Source: Marispirochaeta sp.
GTDB taxonomy: Bacteria > Spirochaetota > Spirochaetia > JC444 > Marispirochaetaceae
Direction of reading: 5' to 3'
Length of the DNA: 64,000 bases
NCBI GenBank assembly: GCA_963676835.2
Contig: CAXXFF010000003.1
Coordinates: forward strand, 384,001 to 448,000
Part shown: positions 1 to 9,906 of the stretch, piece by piece
Position numbering within the stretch: the stretch's first letter is position 1
Layout of the letters: every line of letters begins with the position of its first letter
The notes under the pieces: model-generated
What the model saw: only the letters and a program-made list of their open reading frames with translations
The model's database searches: none
What the model was told of the DNA's origin: nothing
Position numbers and translations under genes: made by a program

Positions 1-659
1 TGACCCTAAGCAATATGGCCGTTGAGGCTGGAGCAACCTCCGGAATCTGCATGCCCGACCAGACCACGGTAGATTTTCTCTGGCCCTTCATAAAGGATGA
101 ATTTTCTTCCAAAGAAGCCGCACTTGAGAAATACGGTGAGTTTATCGCCGACGCCGACGCAGACTATGCAGAAACAGTAAGCATAGACGCTGCGGCTATT
201 GTACCTTTGAGCACCTTCGGATACAAACCCGACCAGGTTAAAGCGGTCGCCGAGTTTGATAATGTGCCTGTGGATCAGGTATATATCGGCTCCTGCACCA
301 ATGGCCGGCTTGAAGACCTCCGGGAGGCTGCAGCCGTATTAAAGGGCAAAACAGTTCATCCCGATGTTCGGGGAATACTCTCCCCTGCAACACCGACCAT
401 TTACAAAGATGCCCTGAAAGAAGGTTTGATTGATATTTTCATGGAAGCAGGTTTTTGCGTTACCAACCCCACATGCGGGGCATGTCTCGGCATGAGTAAC
501 GGAGTTCTGGCAGAAGGCGAATCCTGTGCTTCTACCACAAACAGAAACTTTAACGGACGAATGGGTAAAGGCGGAATGGTGCATCTTATGAGCCCTGCCA
601 GTGCTGCTGCTACGGCCATTGCCGGAACAATCAGCAACTCACCTTTTTTCAAGGCCTAG
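1..659 (+). CDS. leuC: 3-isopropylmalate dehydratase large subunit (5'-truncated by window)
   Basis: Aconitase-family motifs YIGSCTNGR, CGACLG and STTNRNF; followed by a small subunit gene. A homoaconitase-type paralogue is not excluded. Confidence 0.85.
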   Translation, partial: TLSNMAVEAGATSGICMPDQTTVDFLWPFIKDEFSSKEAALEKYGEFIADADADYAETVSIDAAAIVPLSTFGYKPDQVKAVAEFDNVPVDQVYIGSCTNGRLEDLREAAAVLKGKTVHPDVRGILSPATPTIYKDALKEGLIDIFMEAGFCVTNPTCGACLGMSNGVLAEGESCASTTNRNFNGRMGKGGMVHLMSPASAAATAIAGTISNSPFFKA

Positions 660-696
660 GCGTCAAAGCTTGAGTCTGCAAGATTTAGGAGTAAAC

Positions 697-1221
697 ATGA
701 AGAATTTTTCAGGTCAGATTCTGTTTCTCGACAGAAGCGATATTAATACAGACGAAATTATCCCCGCAAAATACCTTACAGAAATTACCCGGGAAGCATT
801 AGGGCCCCATCTGCTGGAAGACCTTATACTCGAAGGATTCGATCCCGCAAATGACATCGACGGTAAAACTGTTGTAGTAACCAGGGACAACTTCGGCTGC
901 GGTTCATCCAGAGAGCATGCACCATGGGCTCTTGAGGCACGGGATTTCAACATTGTAATTGCAACCGGGTTTGCCCGGATTTTCCGACAGAATATGTACA
1001 ACTGCGGCATGCTCGCGGTGGAAATTTCCAAAGAGAATATGGATGCCGTTTTTAACACCTTTTCCGGAAAAACCGCCAGTGTGGTCACCGATATTGAGAA
1101 GAAAACATTTACCTTTTCCGCAGGTTCGGAGACTATGGAAATATCCTTTGCTCTGAGCGGTTTTGAAGCAGATCTTATCAACGCCGGCGGATGGGTTGAA
1201 TACGCCGACGCCAAGTACTGA
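697..1221 (+). CDS. leuD: 3-isopropylmalate dehydratase small subunit
   Basis: Motifs DINTDEIIPAKYL and NFGCGSSREHAPWAL. ATG at 697 follows an AGGAG RBS. Confidence 0.88.
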   Translation: MKNFSGQILFLDRSDINTDEIIPAKYLTEITREALGPHLLEDLILEGFDPANDIDGKTVVVTRDNFGCGSSREHAPWALEARDFNIVIATGFARIFRQNMYNCGMLAVEISKENMDAVFNTFSGKTASVVTDIEKKTFTFSAGSETMEISFALSGFEADLINAGGWVEYADAKY

Positions 1222-1255
1222 GTTTGATATTAGAGCTGCCCTTTTCTTTGATCCG

Positions 1256-1287
1256 GAGACTCTCATTTTGAGAGTCTCTTTTTTTTT
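1256..1287 (+). terminator. hairpin plus T-tract after leuD; overlaps a candidate enhancer palindrome
   Basis: GAGACTCTCA-ttt-TGAGAGTCTC followed by a T run. Confidence 0.6.
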
Positions 1288-1414
1288 ATTTGAAAAACTC
1301 TCTCATTATCTCATATTCTTTGGGCTGGCCGATTATAAACCATTGGCACATCTATCATTGTAAATCATTACATTATAATGTTTTATAAATATTATAACCC
1401 CCATCTCTGAATTC

Positions 1415-1430
1415 TGGCATGCTCTTTGCA
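1415..1430 (+). promoter_or_regulatory. sigma54 (-24/-12) promoter
   Basis: TGGCATG-CTCT-TTGCA matches TGGCACG-N4-TTGCW with exact spacing, about 55 bp upstream of the ATG. Confidence 0.75.
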
Positions 1431-1486
1431 CTATATCTGTATAAATCACGAAGCTTCCATAGATACGGAAGCAGGGAGAGAACACC

Positions 1487-2488
1487 ATGACCAGAATAAC
1501 AAACAGGTTTCTACCCGTCATTATTTCCGCAATCGTAATAACACTTCTGTTTTCAGCCTGTGATCAGGCTGGCAGTTCTTCATCGGCAGGAGCAAGTGCG
1601 GACATTGGCGATGTCTCAATCTCACCGGCGGGAGAGTCGGTTCTCATAGCTTGGGAGACAATTTACCCGGAACTCCTCGGTGATGTGGAGATTGTTTATA
1701 CACCCGAGGGCGGATCATCAACCACTGTAACGGTAGATCCTTCAGATGAAGGCATTACTATTTCCGGGTTGACTTCAGATACAAGATACACCATGGAAAT
1801 CCGGGTATTCAGTTCAGACGGCTCACTCATTACCACGGTATACAAAGAGTTTACCCCCGCCTCTTCCGTTACTGTGGCTGATGCAGACGGAAATCCTGTT
1901 TCGCTTAATTTTGTCGATGCCGACGGCGACGGAACCTATGACAATCTCGGCGGAGTTTTCTGGTTCGCTTACGGCCAGGAAATCCCCGATGCAGACAATG
2001 TCTATGAAATCGATATAGACGGTGACGGCGTGACCGATGCCTACCTGATTGTTCAGGAAGATGGTACCTCCAGTATCTCCAGTACAGAAGACGGCACCGG
2101 CAGCGATATTTCGGTTACACAGGATGAATCAGGCAATATTACATCAGTTAATTCGGGTGATACCACATATACGGATTTCGAACGAGGCTCAGTTGGTGTA
2201 ACCATAATTGATCCGCAACTGCCCGAGGTCAGCATCAATGCAGATGCCGGCACCACAACCATTTCCTCCGGTCTTTCAGCAGTATTTACCGCATCTCTTA
2301 ACGGATCATTCGTAATCGAAAGCTGCAGCTGGTACCTGGACGGTGAAATCGTTTCCGGTGAAACCTCAGCAAGCATCTCAATTGACACAAACGGTTTAGA
2401 CAGCGGAATCCACAGCTTATCGGTTATTGCAAGTGTTCAGAGTGAGCACAGCGTATCCGACACCCTGGCATTTACTGTCCAGGATTGA
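1487..2488 (+). CDS. lipoprotein with Fn3-like domain, DxDGDG Ca-binding motifs and a C-terminal Ig-like domain (copy A1)
   Basis: Lipobox ITLLFSA-C; TISGLTSDTRYTMEI (Fn3-like); DADGDG and DIDGDG; paralogue of 5984..7045. Confidence 0.7.
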   Translation: MTRITNRFLPVIISAIVITLLFSACDQAGSSSSAGASADIGDVSISPAGESVLIAWETIYPELLGDVEIVYTPEGGSSTTVTVDPSDEGITISGLTSDTRYTMEIRVFSSDGSLITTVYKEFTPASSVTVADADGNPVSLNFVDADGDGTYDNLGGVFWFAYGQEIPDADNVYEIDIDGDGVTDAYLIVQEDGTSSISSTEDGTGSDISVTQDESGNITSVNSGDTTYTDFERGSVGVTIIDPQLPEVSINADAGTTTISSGLSAVFTASLNGSFVIESCSWYLDGEIVSGETSASISIDTNGLDSGIHSLSVIASVQSEHSVSDTLAFTVQD

Positions 2489-2503
2489 TTGAAGGAGTAA
2501 TTC

Positions 2504-5104
2504 ATGAACTTTTCAACAAGAAAATCTTTGGGCACTTTAATAAAGACAACAGCCCTGTTACTGACTGCACTCTACCTTTTTTCTTCCTGTGCGGACCCCC
2601 TTTCAAGCTCAACCAGTAAATCCGCAGGGACATCTGCAACTACCGGATCTTTGATTATCCGCCTTACTGACGGAACGGATTCTGTGGCCAACACCATTTA
2701 TCCAGACCTGGACAACGCATCTGCGTCGATTGACTCCTACCTTATTACCCTGAGCAGGGAGGGATATAATGACATATCCAGCAGCACAGGAGGTTCCAGT
2801 GCCCTTATCGGTAACCTGGCACCGGGAACCTGGAATGTCGGAATCGATGCATTAAACGCGGAAGGCACAGTTATAGCCCGCGGAAGCGGTGATGCAAATG
2901 TTGTAGCCGGCGTTTCAGGTAATGTTTCCATTGAGCTTGCCTTTCTGGAAGGTGAAGGTTCCGGAACCATAACACTGACCCTTGCTTTTCCTGCAGGTTC
3001 CGTCGCCAGCGTTATCGGTACCCTTGATGGAGAACCCGTCACCTTTACCCTTACAGAAGGGGATGAAAACGGCATAGCCCATGCAACCCTCAATATAGAC
3101 AAGCCCGCAGGCGCATATTCCCTGGTGGCAAAACTTAAAGATTCAGCCAACAGGATCCTTACCACCCTGGTGGAGCAGGTGCATGTTTTCGGCAATATCA
3201 CCGTTGCGGATGAAATCTCCATCGACGCAGCTGAAATAAATGGTCCTCCCCTTGCCCCATCTGCTGTTACGGCTGCGCAAAACGGCATGAATGCAGAGAT
3301 CAGCTGGACCGATAACTCCAATGTGGAAACCTCTCTCGAAATTCAGAGATCCTCAGACTCCGGATCTACATGGTCTACTCTCTCTTCAAGTCTGAATGCA
3401 AATACTGTTTTCTATACCGATTCAGGGGTTGTTGAAAATTTTTCCTACCGCTATAGAGTTCGGGCAGCCAACAGTTTTGGTGCTTCCGACTGGGCTGAAA
3501 GTTCAGACCTGGACATAAGCAGTCTGATATCTCTCACCGATGACACCCTGAGTGCATCAGAGTGGAACTTCTATGAAGGGATTGCCACAACCATCCCTCT
3601 GGCCAATCTTACCAGCAATGACCTCAACAACCTGAACACCGACCCCATCGAAATAATTTCCGTGGACAATGCAGTTAACGGTTCTGTATCCCTTGGTGCG
3701 TCAAGTATAACCTTCACCGGAGCAACGGCCTCTCAGGCTGCAGGCTTTACTTACACCGCCCGTATCCAGGGAACCAGTTACGAAGCATCCGCAACAGTGA
3801 CCATAGAAACCGTAGAAGCAGCTCCCGGCATTATAGCCAACTCAGACGGCCCTTTTGATGTTCAGCAGGGTGGTGAAACCTATCTTACCTTTGCCCAGCT
3901 CCTTCTCAACGACTCTTCAGACAATGCTATCGGCGATAAATGGTTTGTTACCGGCAGCGCTGTCAACTGTTCCGTAGTTGTCAGCGGCACAACCCTTACT
4001 GTAACATCCACCGGTATTGCCTATGTCCCGGCACAATTCAAGTATGAAATTGAAGACAGCCTTGGTCAGACAGCGGAGGGCACAGTTTACCTCAACGTTA
4101 CACCCCTTGCACCTGTAGATGGCTATGTATTTGACGACAGCAGTGCCTTTAACACTTTCAAAGCAAACTACACCCCAATGAGCTTTGCCGACGTCTTTAA
4201 CAACTGGCCCCGCATAAGCGGCACATACTATGGAAGCTCCAGCTACTATGAGACACTGTCCGGTTATAGCGACAGTGCCCTGTCCTGGCAGTATCTGGAA
4301 ACCGATGCGGATGGTGACGGAGACCTTGACCCCAGAGTACTGCAGCCCGACAATGTTTCTCCTGCTGAAGGCTTTGTCTGCCCCGAAGAAAGTGCGCTGG
4401 AAAACTTTACCTTTGAAGCTACCCTTTTCTCCGATAACGCTGACAACGATTCAATCGGGCTTATCATGGCCTTTGAACGTGACGGATCTACCAACAAATA
4501 CCTTGTTGCCCACAGAACAACAAGCGGTAACAGTCCCACTACCGGTTGGGGTATCTCCTACTATGAAGGTTCCAGCTATACAGTCCTGGCCCAGAGTTCA
4601 ACAGACGAAACAGGAGCAGACTACGGATGGGAATCTAAAAAAACCCGGGTTAAGGTTCAGCGTATCGGCGATCTTATCAAAGCATGGATTACCGACTGGG
4701 ATCAGCTAGATACCTACATGCCGGATTCACTCATGGAAATTGACCTTTCAGCCAATACGGTTAATGGAGTATCCGTAGCCAAAGACCTGTCCGTGTTCCA
4801 GGGTGCACAGCAGTGGGGATACTATACCTACAGCCAGCCCTATTCGACCTACCTGGATATCGAAATGTCCGGAGGCTTGAGTGGCGATACCCTCTTCCTG
4901 CTTACCGGCAGTGCCGACACCGACGGCGACAGCATACTTGACCGCTGGACCGGAAGCGAAGTGTGGAAGTACGTCAGCGGCGCCTGGACTGCTCAGGGAT
5001 CACTTTCAATCCAGAGTGAGCTTGGGTATGTGCGGCAGGTGACCAATCCGGAAACAGCAAAAACCTATCTTATAAAAGCCAGCCAGACAGAACTGGTGGA
5101 ATAG
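2504..5104 (+). CDS. large surface lipoprotein: Ig-like, Fn3, cadherin-like/Big repeats, C-terminal lectin/TSP_C-like domain (copy B1)
   Basis: Lipobox LYLFSS-C; WTDNSNVE...YRYRVRAANSFG (Fn3); LLLND-type repeats; DNDSIGLIMAF and WGYYTYSQ; GAAGGAG RBS. Confidence 0.7.
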   Translation: MNFSTRKSLGTLIKTTALLLTALYLFSSCADPLSSSTSKSAGTSATTGSLIIRLTDGTDSVANTIYPDLDNASASIDSYLITLSREGYNDISSSTGGSSALIGNLAPGTWNVGIDALNAEGTVIARGSGDANVVAGVSGNVSIELAFLEGEGSGTITLTLAFPAGSVASVIGTLDGEPVTFTLTEGDENGIAHATLNIDKPAGAYSLVAKLKDSANRILTTLVEQVHVFGNITVADEISIDAAEINGPPLAPSAVTAAQNGMNAEISWTDNSNVETSLEIQRSSDSGSTWSTLSSSLNANTVFYTDSGVVENFSYRYRVRAANSFGASDWAESSDLDISSLISLTDDTLSASEWNFYEGIATTIPLANLTSNDLNNLNTDPIEIISVDNAVNGSVSLGASSITFTGATASQAAGFTYTARIQGTSYEASATVTIETVEAAPGIIANSDGPFDVQQGGETYLTFAQLLLNDSSDNAIGDKWFVTGSAVNCSVVVSGTTLTVTSTGIAYVPAQFKYEIEDSLGQTAEGTVYLNVTPLAPVDGYVFDDSSAFNTFKANYTPMSFADVFNNWPRISGTYYGSSSYYETLSGYSDSALSWQYLETDADGDGDLDPRVLQPDNVSPAEGFVCPEESALENFTFEATLFSDNADNDSIGLIMAFERDGSTNKYLVAHRTTSGNSPTTGWGISYYEGSSYTVLAQSSTDETGADYGWESKKTRVKVQRIGDLIKAWITDWDQLDTYMPDSLMEIDLSANTVNGVSVAKDLSVFQGAQQWGYYTYSQPYSTYLDIEMSGGLSGDTLFLLTGSADTDGDSILDRWTGSEVWKYVSGAWTAQGSLSIQSELGYVRQVTNPETAKTYLIKASQTELVE

Positions 5105-5122
5105 ATATAACTCTCCCCCTTA

Positions 5123-5153
5123 GGGTGCCCGTCTACAGGGCACCCTTTTTTTT
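5123..5153 (+). terminator. intrinsic terminator
   Basis: GGGTGCCC-gtctaca-GGGCACCC followed by 8 T. Confidence 0.85.
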
Positions 5154-5285
5154 ACCCCGTCTACCCTGCCAATCCTTCCTATCTTGTTTATAGTCGTGAT
5201 ACTTGTTTTACCTGCCTGCAACTTTTTTTTCTTTGTGTTGCATATCTCCCGCCAATAACCGTACAATCCATACAGGATTTATCGG

Positions 5286-5744
5286 ATGTACACAAAAGAA
5301 CCTGTGATAGAGATAATGACCCGCAATGGAAACGGATATTTTACCGTCAACTGGTCAAAGATACTGACCGGCGATAAATACAGTATTCAAACCGGCGTTC
5401 CATCCATGTCGGGAATTTATGAAATCTACTATAAGGATCATTACGGCAAGCTTGTACTTATGGAGATTAATTTCGCCTGGTACGGCGGAGTTCGGGCGGA
5501 ACTCAGACGTATTACCGATCCCACCCTGGAAGAGGATGCCTCACGGAGGGCTTTCCTTGAGGGAAAGAAACTCTTTTTCCGTTACAGTTTGAGCAGAAGT
5601 ATCAAGGACATGCAGGATACTGTTTTCTTCCTTGCCCAGTCGAATCCTCCGGTGCGGCAGCCGGAAGAGCCCCGGGAACACTCCGGACGCTTCAGGCGTA
5701 TTTACCTTAAAGAAACGTCACCGAACAAGATAACCACAATATAG
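5286..5744 (+). CDS. hypothetical protein
   Basis: 152-aa ORF filling the gap between the two paralogous operons; no confident family. Confidence 0.6.
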   Translation: MYTKEPVIEIMTRNGNGYFTVNWSKILTGDKYSIQTGVPSMSGIYEIYYKDHYGKLVLMEINFAWYGGVRAELRRITDPTLEEDASRRAFLEGKKLFFRYSLSRSIKDMQDTVFFLAQSNPPVRQPEEPREHSGRFRRIYLKETSPNKITTI

Positions 5745-5754
5745 GTACATACTA

Positions 5755-5801
5755 CTCGCAAAATGAGAGTCTCTCATAATTTATTGAAAAAGACTCTCAT
5801 T
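5755..5801. promoter_or_regulatory. candidate enhancer-binding-protein site (UAS)
   Basis: CTCGCAAAATGAGAG is 14/15 identical to the reverse complement of 1260-1274 and lies at a near-identical distance from the sigma54 GG. Confidence 0.55.
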
Positions 5802-5907
5802 CTATAACCCCACCTCAACATCTCTGCAGCTAACCTCCCCTGCCTTACTAAATATATTTTGTTACAATGTAATACTTTACTTACCCTTAGTTCTCAAATA
5901 TGTGTTT

Positions 5908-5923
5908 TGGCACGATTATTGCA
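5908..5923 (+). promoter_or_regulatory. sigma54 (-24/-12) promoter
   Basis: TGGCACG-ATTA-TTGCA, a perfect consensus match. Confidence 0.85.
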
Positions 5924-5983
5924 ATTGAATATATAGATTATCAATGAGCGGTCCGGGGGAAAACGACCGCAGGGAGTTATACT

Positions 5984-7045
5984 ATGAAGACAGCAGGGAA
6001 AAGAAAATTCCAGGCTTTGGCTGCAGCACTGGCATTGCTGATATTACTGTTCAGCTGCGATCAGGCAGGAGCCGGATCATCCGGCGGTAGCGGAACATCC
6101 GGTGATGAGGCAACATCTGGCGTGGCTCAGATTACCGACCTCACCATCTCACCACTGTATGATTCAGTACTCATCACCTGGATTTCAGAAAACACTGAAC
6201 TTCTGGGTGAAATGGAAATTACCTACTACACCGAAAATGGTCAGCAAATGACAAAGACCATACAGATTTCAAACGGGGAAGTGACCATTCCCAACCTTAC
6301 CCGCGGAGCTGAATATTCCATGGAAATACAGGTAAAAGATGCCGATGGTAATCTCCTTACCACTCTTTATCGTTCATTCTGCCCGAAGGATTCAATTGAT
6401 CTGACTGTTACAGATACAGCTACGGGTTCTGAAACCTCTATTTCCCTTGATTTTGAAGATCCCGATGATAACGGAACCATTGATAACATCGGTGGTGTTT
6501 TCTGGTTTACCGCAGGCCAGGAAGTTCCGGATCCGGACAATATTTACGATATCGACCTGGATGGTGACGGAGTAACCGATTGCTACCTTACTATTGCAGA
6601 AGATGGCACAATGTCTCTCTCCACCAACGAAGATGGAACCGGCGAAGAGATAATGGTTACTGTAGATGACGCTGCCGCGGATCCTGTCAGTATCTCCTCT
6701 GTAAGCATCGGAACAGATATATACACCGATTTTGACCGTGGGCATCTGGATGTAATCATAGTAGATCCCTCCTATCCGGAAGTGACAATTACCACTGAAT
6801 CCGGTCTCTATGTTTTCGAAGCAGGAGATCTCATTACCTTTAATGCTACAGCTAATGAAGGCTTTACCATTTCTGCATGCGAATGGATTCTCGATGGAGT
6901 AAGTGTAATCAGTAACACTACAGTTCCGCTTCAGGTGCAAACTACGGGCTTCACTCCGGGAAGTGTACACACAATGCATGTTTTCGCTGATATGACAAAC
7001 GGAGACTCTGTTTCCGATACCCTGTTTTTCTGGATCCAGGGTTAA
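5984..7045 (+). CDS. lipoprotein with Fn3-like/DxDGDG/Ig-like domains (copy A2)
   Basis: Lipobox ILLFS-CDQAG; shares GGVFWF..GQE.PD.DN.Y.ID.DGDGVTD.YL with 1487..2488. Confidence 0.7.
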   Translation: MKTAGKRKFQALAAALALLILLFSCDQAGAGSSGGSGTSGDEATSGVAQITDLTISPLYDSVLITWISENTELLGEMEITYYTENGQQMTKTIQISNGEVTIPNLTRGAEYSMEIQVKDADGNLLTTLYRSFCPKDSIDLTVTDTATGSETSISLDFEDPDDNGTIDNIGGVFWFTAGQEVPDPDNIYDIDLDGDGVTDCYLTIAEDGTMSLSTNEDGTGEEIMVTVDDAAADPVSISSVSIGTDIYTDFDRGHLDVIIVDPSYPEVTITTESGLYVFEAGDLITFNATANEGFTISACEWILDGVSVISNTTVPLQVQTTGFTPGSVHTMHVFADMTNGDSVSDTLFFWIQG

Positions 7046-7058
7046 TAAGGAGATAGCA

Positions 7059-9887
7059 ATGAATAAATCATTCAATATTAACCAGAAGCAGTCAGTAATT
7101 TTTTCTGTACTGCTATTTTCGATTATCCTTTTTATCTCTGGATGCGCCGACCCGCTCTCAAGCAACATCGGCAGTGAGACCTATGTAAGTACTGCAAGCG
7201 AAGGCTCAGGTTCACTTATCATTCGTCTGTATGACAACACCTCTCTGGTTGCAAACACCATTAAACCTGAACTTGCCAATTCTGAAATTGAGTCCTACAT
7301 GGTAACACTTACCGGTTCTGATGGAACGGTAATCTCAGATGCCGTTACCAGCTCCAGTGCCATGTACAATCTCAACCCCGATACATACACTGTCAAAGTT
7401 GAAGCACTCGATGAGAACGGCACAGTTATAGCCGAAGGTGACACCAGTGTAACCATAGCCGACGGACAATCAGCGTCGGTTACTATAGAACTGGAATTCA
7501 TTGACGGTGAAGGCAACGGTACTATTACCCTATCATTCGCATTTCCCGCCGGCACTGTTGATTCAGTAACAGGAACCCTGGACGGAGAAGAGGTTGTATT
7601 TACCCTTTCCGAAGCAAACTCCGACGGACTTGTTCTGGCAACAGCTACAATAGACAAACCTTCCGGAACCTATACCCTCATTGCTATACTTAAAGATACC
7701 CAGGGAATGATTCTTTCCACCCTGGCTGAAAAAGTCAGAATTCTCGGAAATGTTGCGGTTGTGGAGACAATCACTATTGCCTCGGATGAACTGAATGGAG
7801 CCCCCCTTGCCCCTACTCCAATTTCAGCAAAGCAGGTGGACCTGGACGCGAAAATCTCATGGGTTGATATTTCCCATGTTGAGACTGGCTTCGCAATTGA
7901 GCGATCGGCAGATAACGGCTCAACCTGGACAATTCTTGATTCAGCACTTGCAGCCAATACTGTTTCGTACACCGATACCAGTGTGACCAAAGGCAGCTCA
8001 TACAAATACCGTGTTCGCGCAGTGAACAGCTTTGGGGAATCCGAATGGACAGTAAGTTCAAACCTTACCATTGTTGATCTCATTTCCGTGGCAGACGACG
8101 ATCTTACAACTGCAGACGGCAATTTTTATGAAGGCATTACGGAGCCTATCCTTATTTCAGACCTGACCGGCAATGATACCAACCATCTCAACACTGATCC
8201 CATCGAGATCACAGCTGTAACTGCTGTAAGCAACTGTACAGTGTCCCTCGGAACCAGCAGTATCAGCTTCACCGGTACCGCAGCAGGGTCTGCGGCAAGC
8301 TTTACCTATACCGCACGTGTTGAAGGTACCACCGACACGGCCACCGCTACGGTTACCATCGCCAATGTTCAGGATGCTCCTCCCCTTATCGCCAACACCG
8401 ACGGCCCCTATGATCTCGAGCAGGGTGAGACTGTTTCCCTTGTAATTGCTGACAAGCTTATCAGCAACGATGTACTCCCCACCGGCTCCACAGGTACCCT
8501 GACCTTCGACAGCATTGTCTCCGGTACCAGTGTAAACTGTTCAGCAGTGCTCAGCAGTGACGGGACAAAAGTACTGGTTACCTCCACCGGACTGGCCTAT
8601 GAATCTGCGTCCTTCCAGTACAACTTAACAGACGGTGCATCAGAAGCTGCAGTTGGTACGGTCAAGCTTAATGTAACTCCCCTTCCTGCAACACAGGGGT
8701 ACCTCTTCACTGCAACAGAGAAAGATACCTACGATCTTGACGGGGACAACAACAAGATAGAACTTGCATTCGACGCCATGAAGAACTACTATAAGCCCGC
8801 ATCCATGTCGGACATCGTCAACACCTGGGCACGTTTTCAGGACACATCCTACTATTGGGAGAGCCTCGACAGCATCGACAATACCAGCAGCACCGCCTAT
8901 ACCTGGACCCTTATAGCCGATGAAGACGGCGACGGGTATATTGATGGCGATACCGACGGTGATGGAACCGATGATAACAACACCTACTTCGATACAAGAA
9001 TGGGAAACAGCTCCAGTTACACCCGTATCTATGGTGACATCGACGGTGACGGATTCATAGATGAACGTTTTATGCAGACCCAGAATGGATCCAGAAACGG
9101 TTTTATAAGCCCCGACAAGTACGCAAACTACACCCATGAGGTGACCCTCTGGTCTGCAGACCCCAGTGATGACGATATGTTAGGCGTTGTGGTTGCGTTT
9201 GAGCGTACTTCTTCCAACACCAATAACGTACTCTGGGTTGGGCGGACTCGAGATGGTGTTTATCCCTACAATAACTGGGGATTATATTACAACACCACCC
9301 AAATTGCTGATTTCTCTGTCGGCTCTACCGGTGGGAACTGGGGTGGATCCGCCTCAGGGACACCCGATTCAGATAGTACTGACGACTACCTCAGCCGGGT
9401 CAAGATCGTCCGCGAAGGTGATACCATTACCGCAGTCTGTACCGACTGGATTACCGGTGTGGAAAACTACTCAGAACTCGGTGTTACCGGCGGCGATTAT
9501 GAGTACCTCGATGCGAGCCTTATCTCCATCGATCTGGTAAATAACCAGGCGACCTTCAACGGCTCCACCGTTTCAACCAGCGACCTGTCGGGCTTTGAAG
9601 GTGAAAGCGCCTACGGCTACACCAATTACAGCCAGGCAATGTCCACCTATCTGGATGTTAACTTCGACGGCGGTGCAAGTGCCGATACCATCATCAAGCT
9701 TACCGGCGGAGATGGCTCCAGCTACTGGGACAGCAGCGAAGTATGGAAATACCAGAACGGCAGCTGGGAAAAACAGACCGGTATAACAGCTCAGGATGAA
9801 CTGGGATATGTTCGGGAAGTTACCAATCCCCTGAATAACCTGACCTATCTGTTCAAACAAGACCAGATTGAACTGGTTCTGCCATAA
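7059..9887 (+). CDS. large surface lipoprotein (copy B2)
   Basis: Lipobox LFISG-CADPLSS; colinear paralogue of 2504..5104; DDDMLGVVVAF and YGYTNYSQ; extra DxDGDG motifs. Confidence 0.7.
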   Translation: MNKSFNINQKQSVIFSVLLFSIILFISGCADPLSSNIGSETYVSTASEGSGSLIIRLYDNTSLVANTIKPELANSEIESYMVTLTGSDGTVISDAVTSSSAMYNLNPDTYTVKVEALDENGTVIAEGDTSVTIADGQSASVTIELEFIDGEGNGTITLSFAFPAGTVDSVTGTLDGEEVVFTLSEANSDGLVLATATIDKPSGTYTLIAILKDTQGMILSTLAEKVRILGNVAVVETITIASDELNGAPLAPTPISAKQVDLDAKISWVDISHVETGFAIERSADNGSTWTILDSALAANTVSYTDTSVTKGSSYKYRVRAVNSFGESEWTVSSNLTIVDLISVADDDLTTADGNFYEGITEPILISDLTGNDTNHLNTDPIEITAVTAVSNCTVSLGTSSISFTGTAAGSAASFTYTARVEGTTDTATATVTIANVQDAPPLIANTDGPYDLEQGETVSLVIADKLISNDVLPTGSTGTLTFDSIVSGTSVNCSAVLSSDGTKVLVTSTGLAYESASFQYNLTDGASEAAVGTVKLNVTPLPATQGYLFTATEKDTYDLDGDNNKIELAFDAMKNYYKPASMSDIVNTWARFQDTSYYWESLDSIDNTSSTAYTWTLIADEDGDGYIDGDTDGDGTDDNNTYFDTRMGNSSSYTRIYGDIDGDGFIDERFMQTQNGSRNGFISPDKYANYTHEVTLWSADPSDDDMLGVVVAFERTSSNTNNVLWVGRTRDGVYPYNNWGLYYNTTQIADFSVGSTGGNWGGSASGTPDSDSTDDYLSRVKIVREGDTITAVCTDWITGVENYSELGVTGGDYEYLDASLISIDLVNNQATFNGSTVSTSDLSGFEGESAYGYTNYSQAMSTYLDVNFDGGASADTIIKLTGGDGSSYWDSSEVWKYQNGSWEKQTGITAQDELGYVREVTNPLNNLTYLFKQDQIELVLP

Positions 9888-9906
9888 GTAGGTCTTTCAA
9901 AAAGAT

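Noticed and set aside
1487..9887. Diversity-generating retroelement acting on the paralogous lipoprotein tips
   Set aside because: There is no reverse transcriptase, and I saw no near-identical template/variable repeat pair differing at adenines; divergence is spread throughout.
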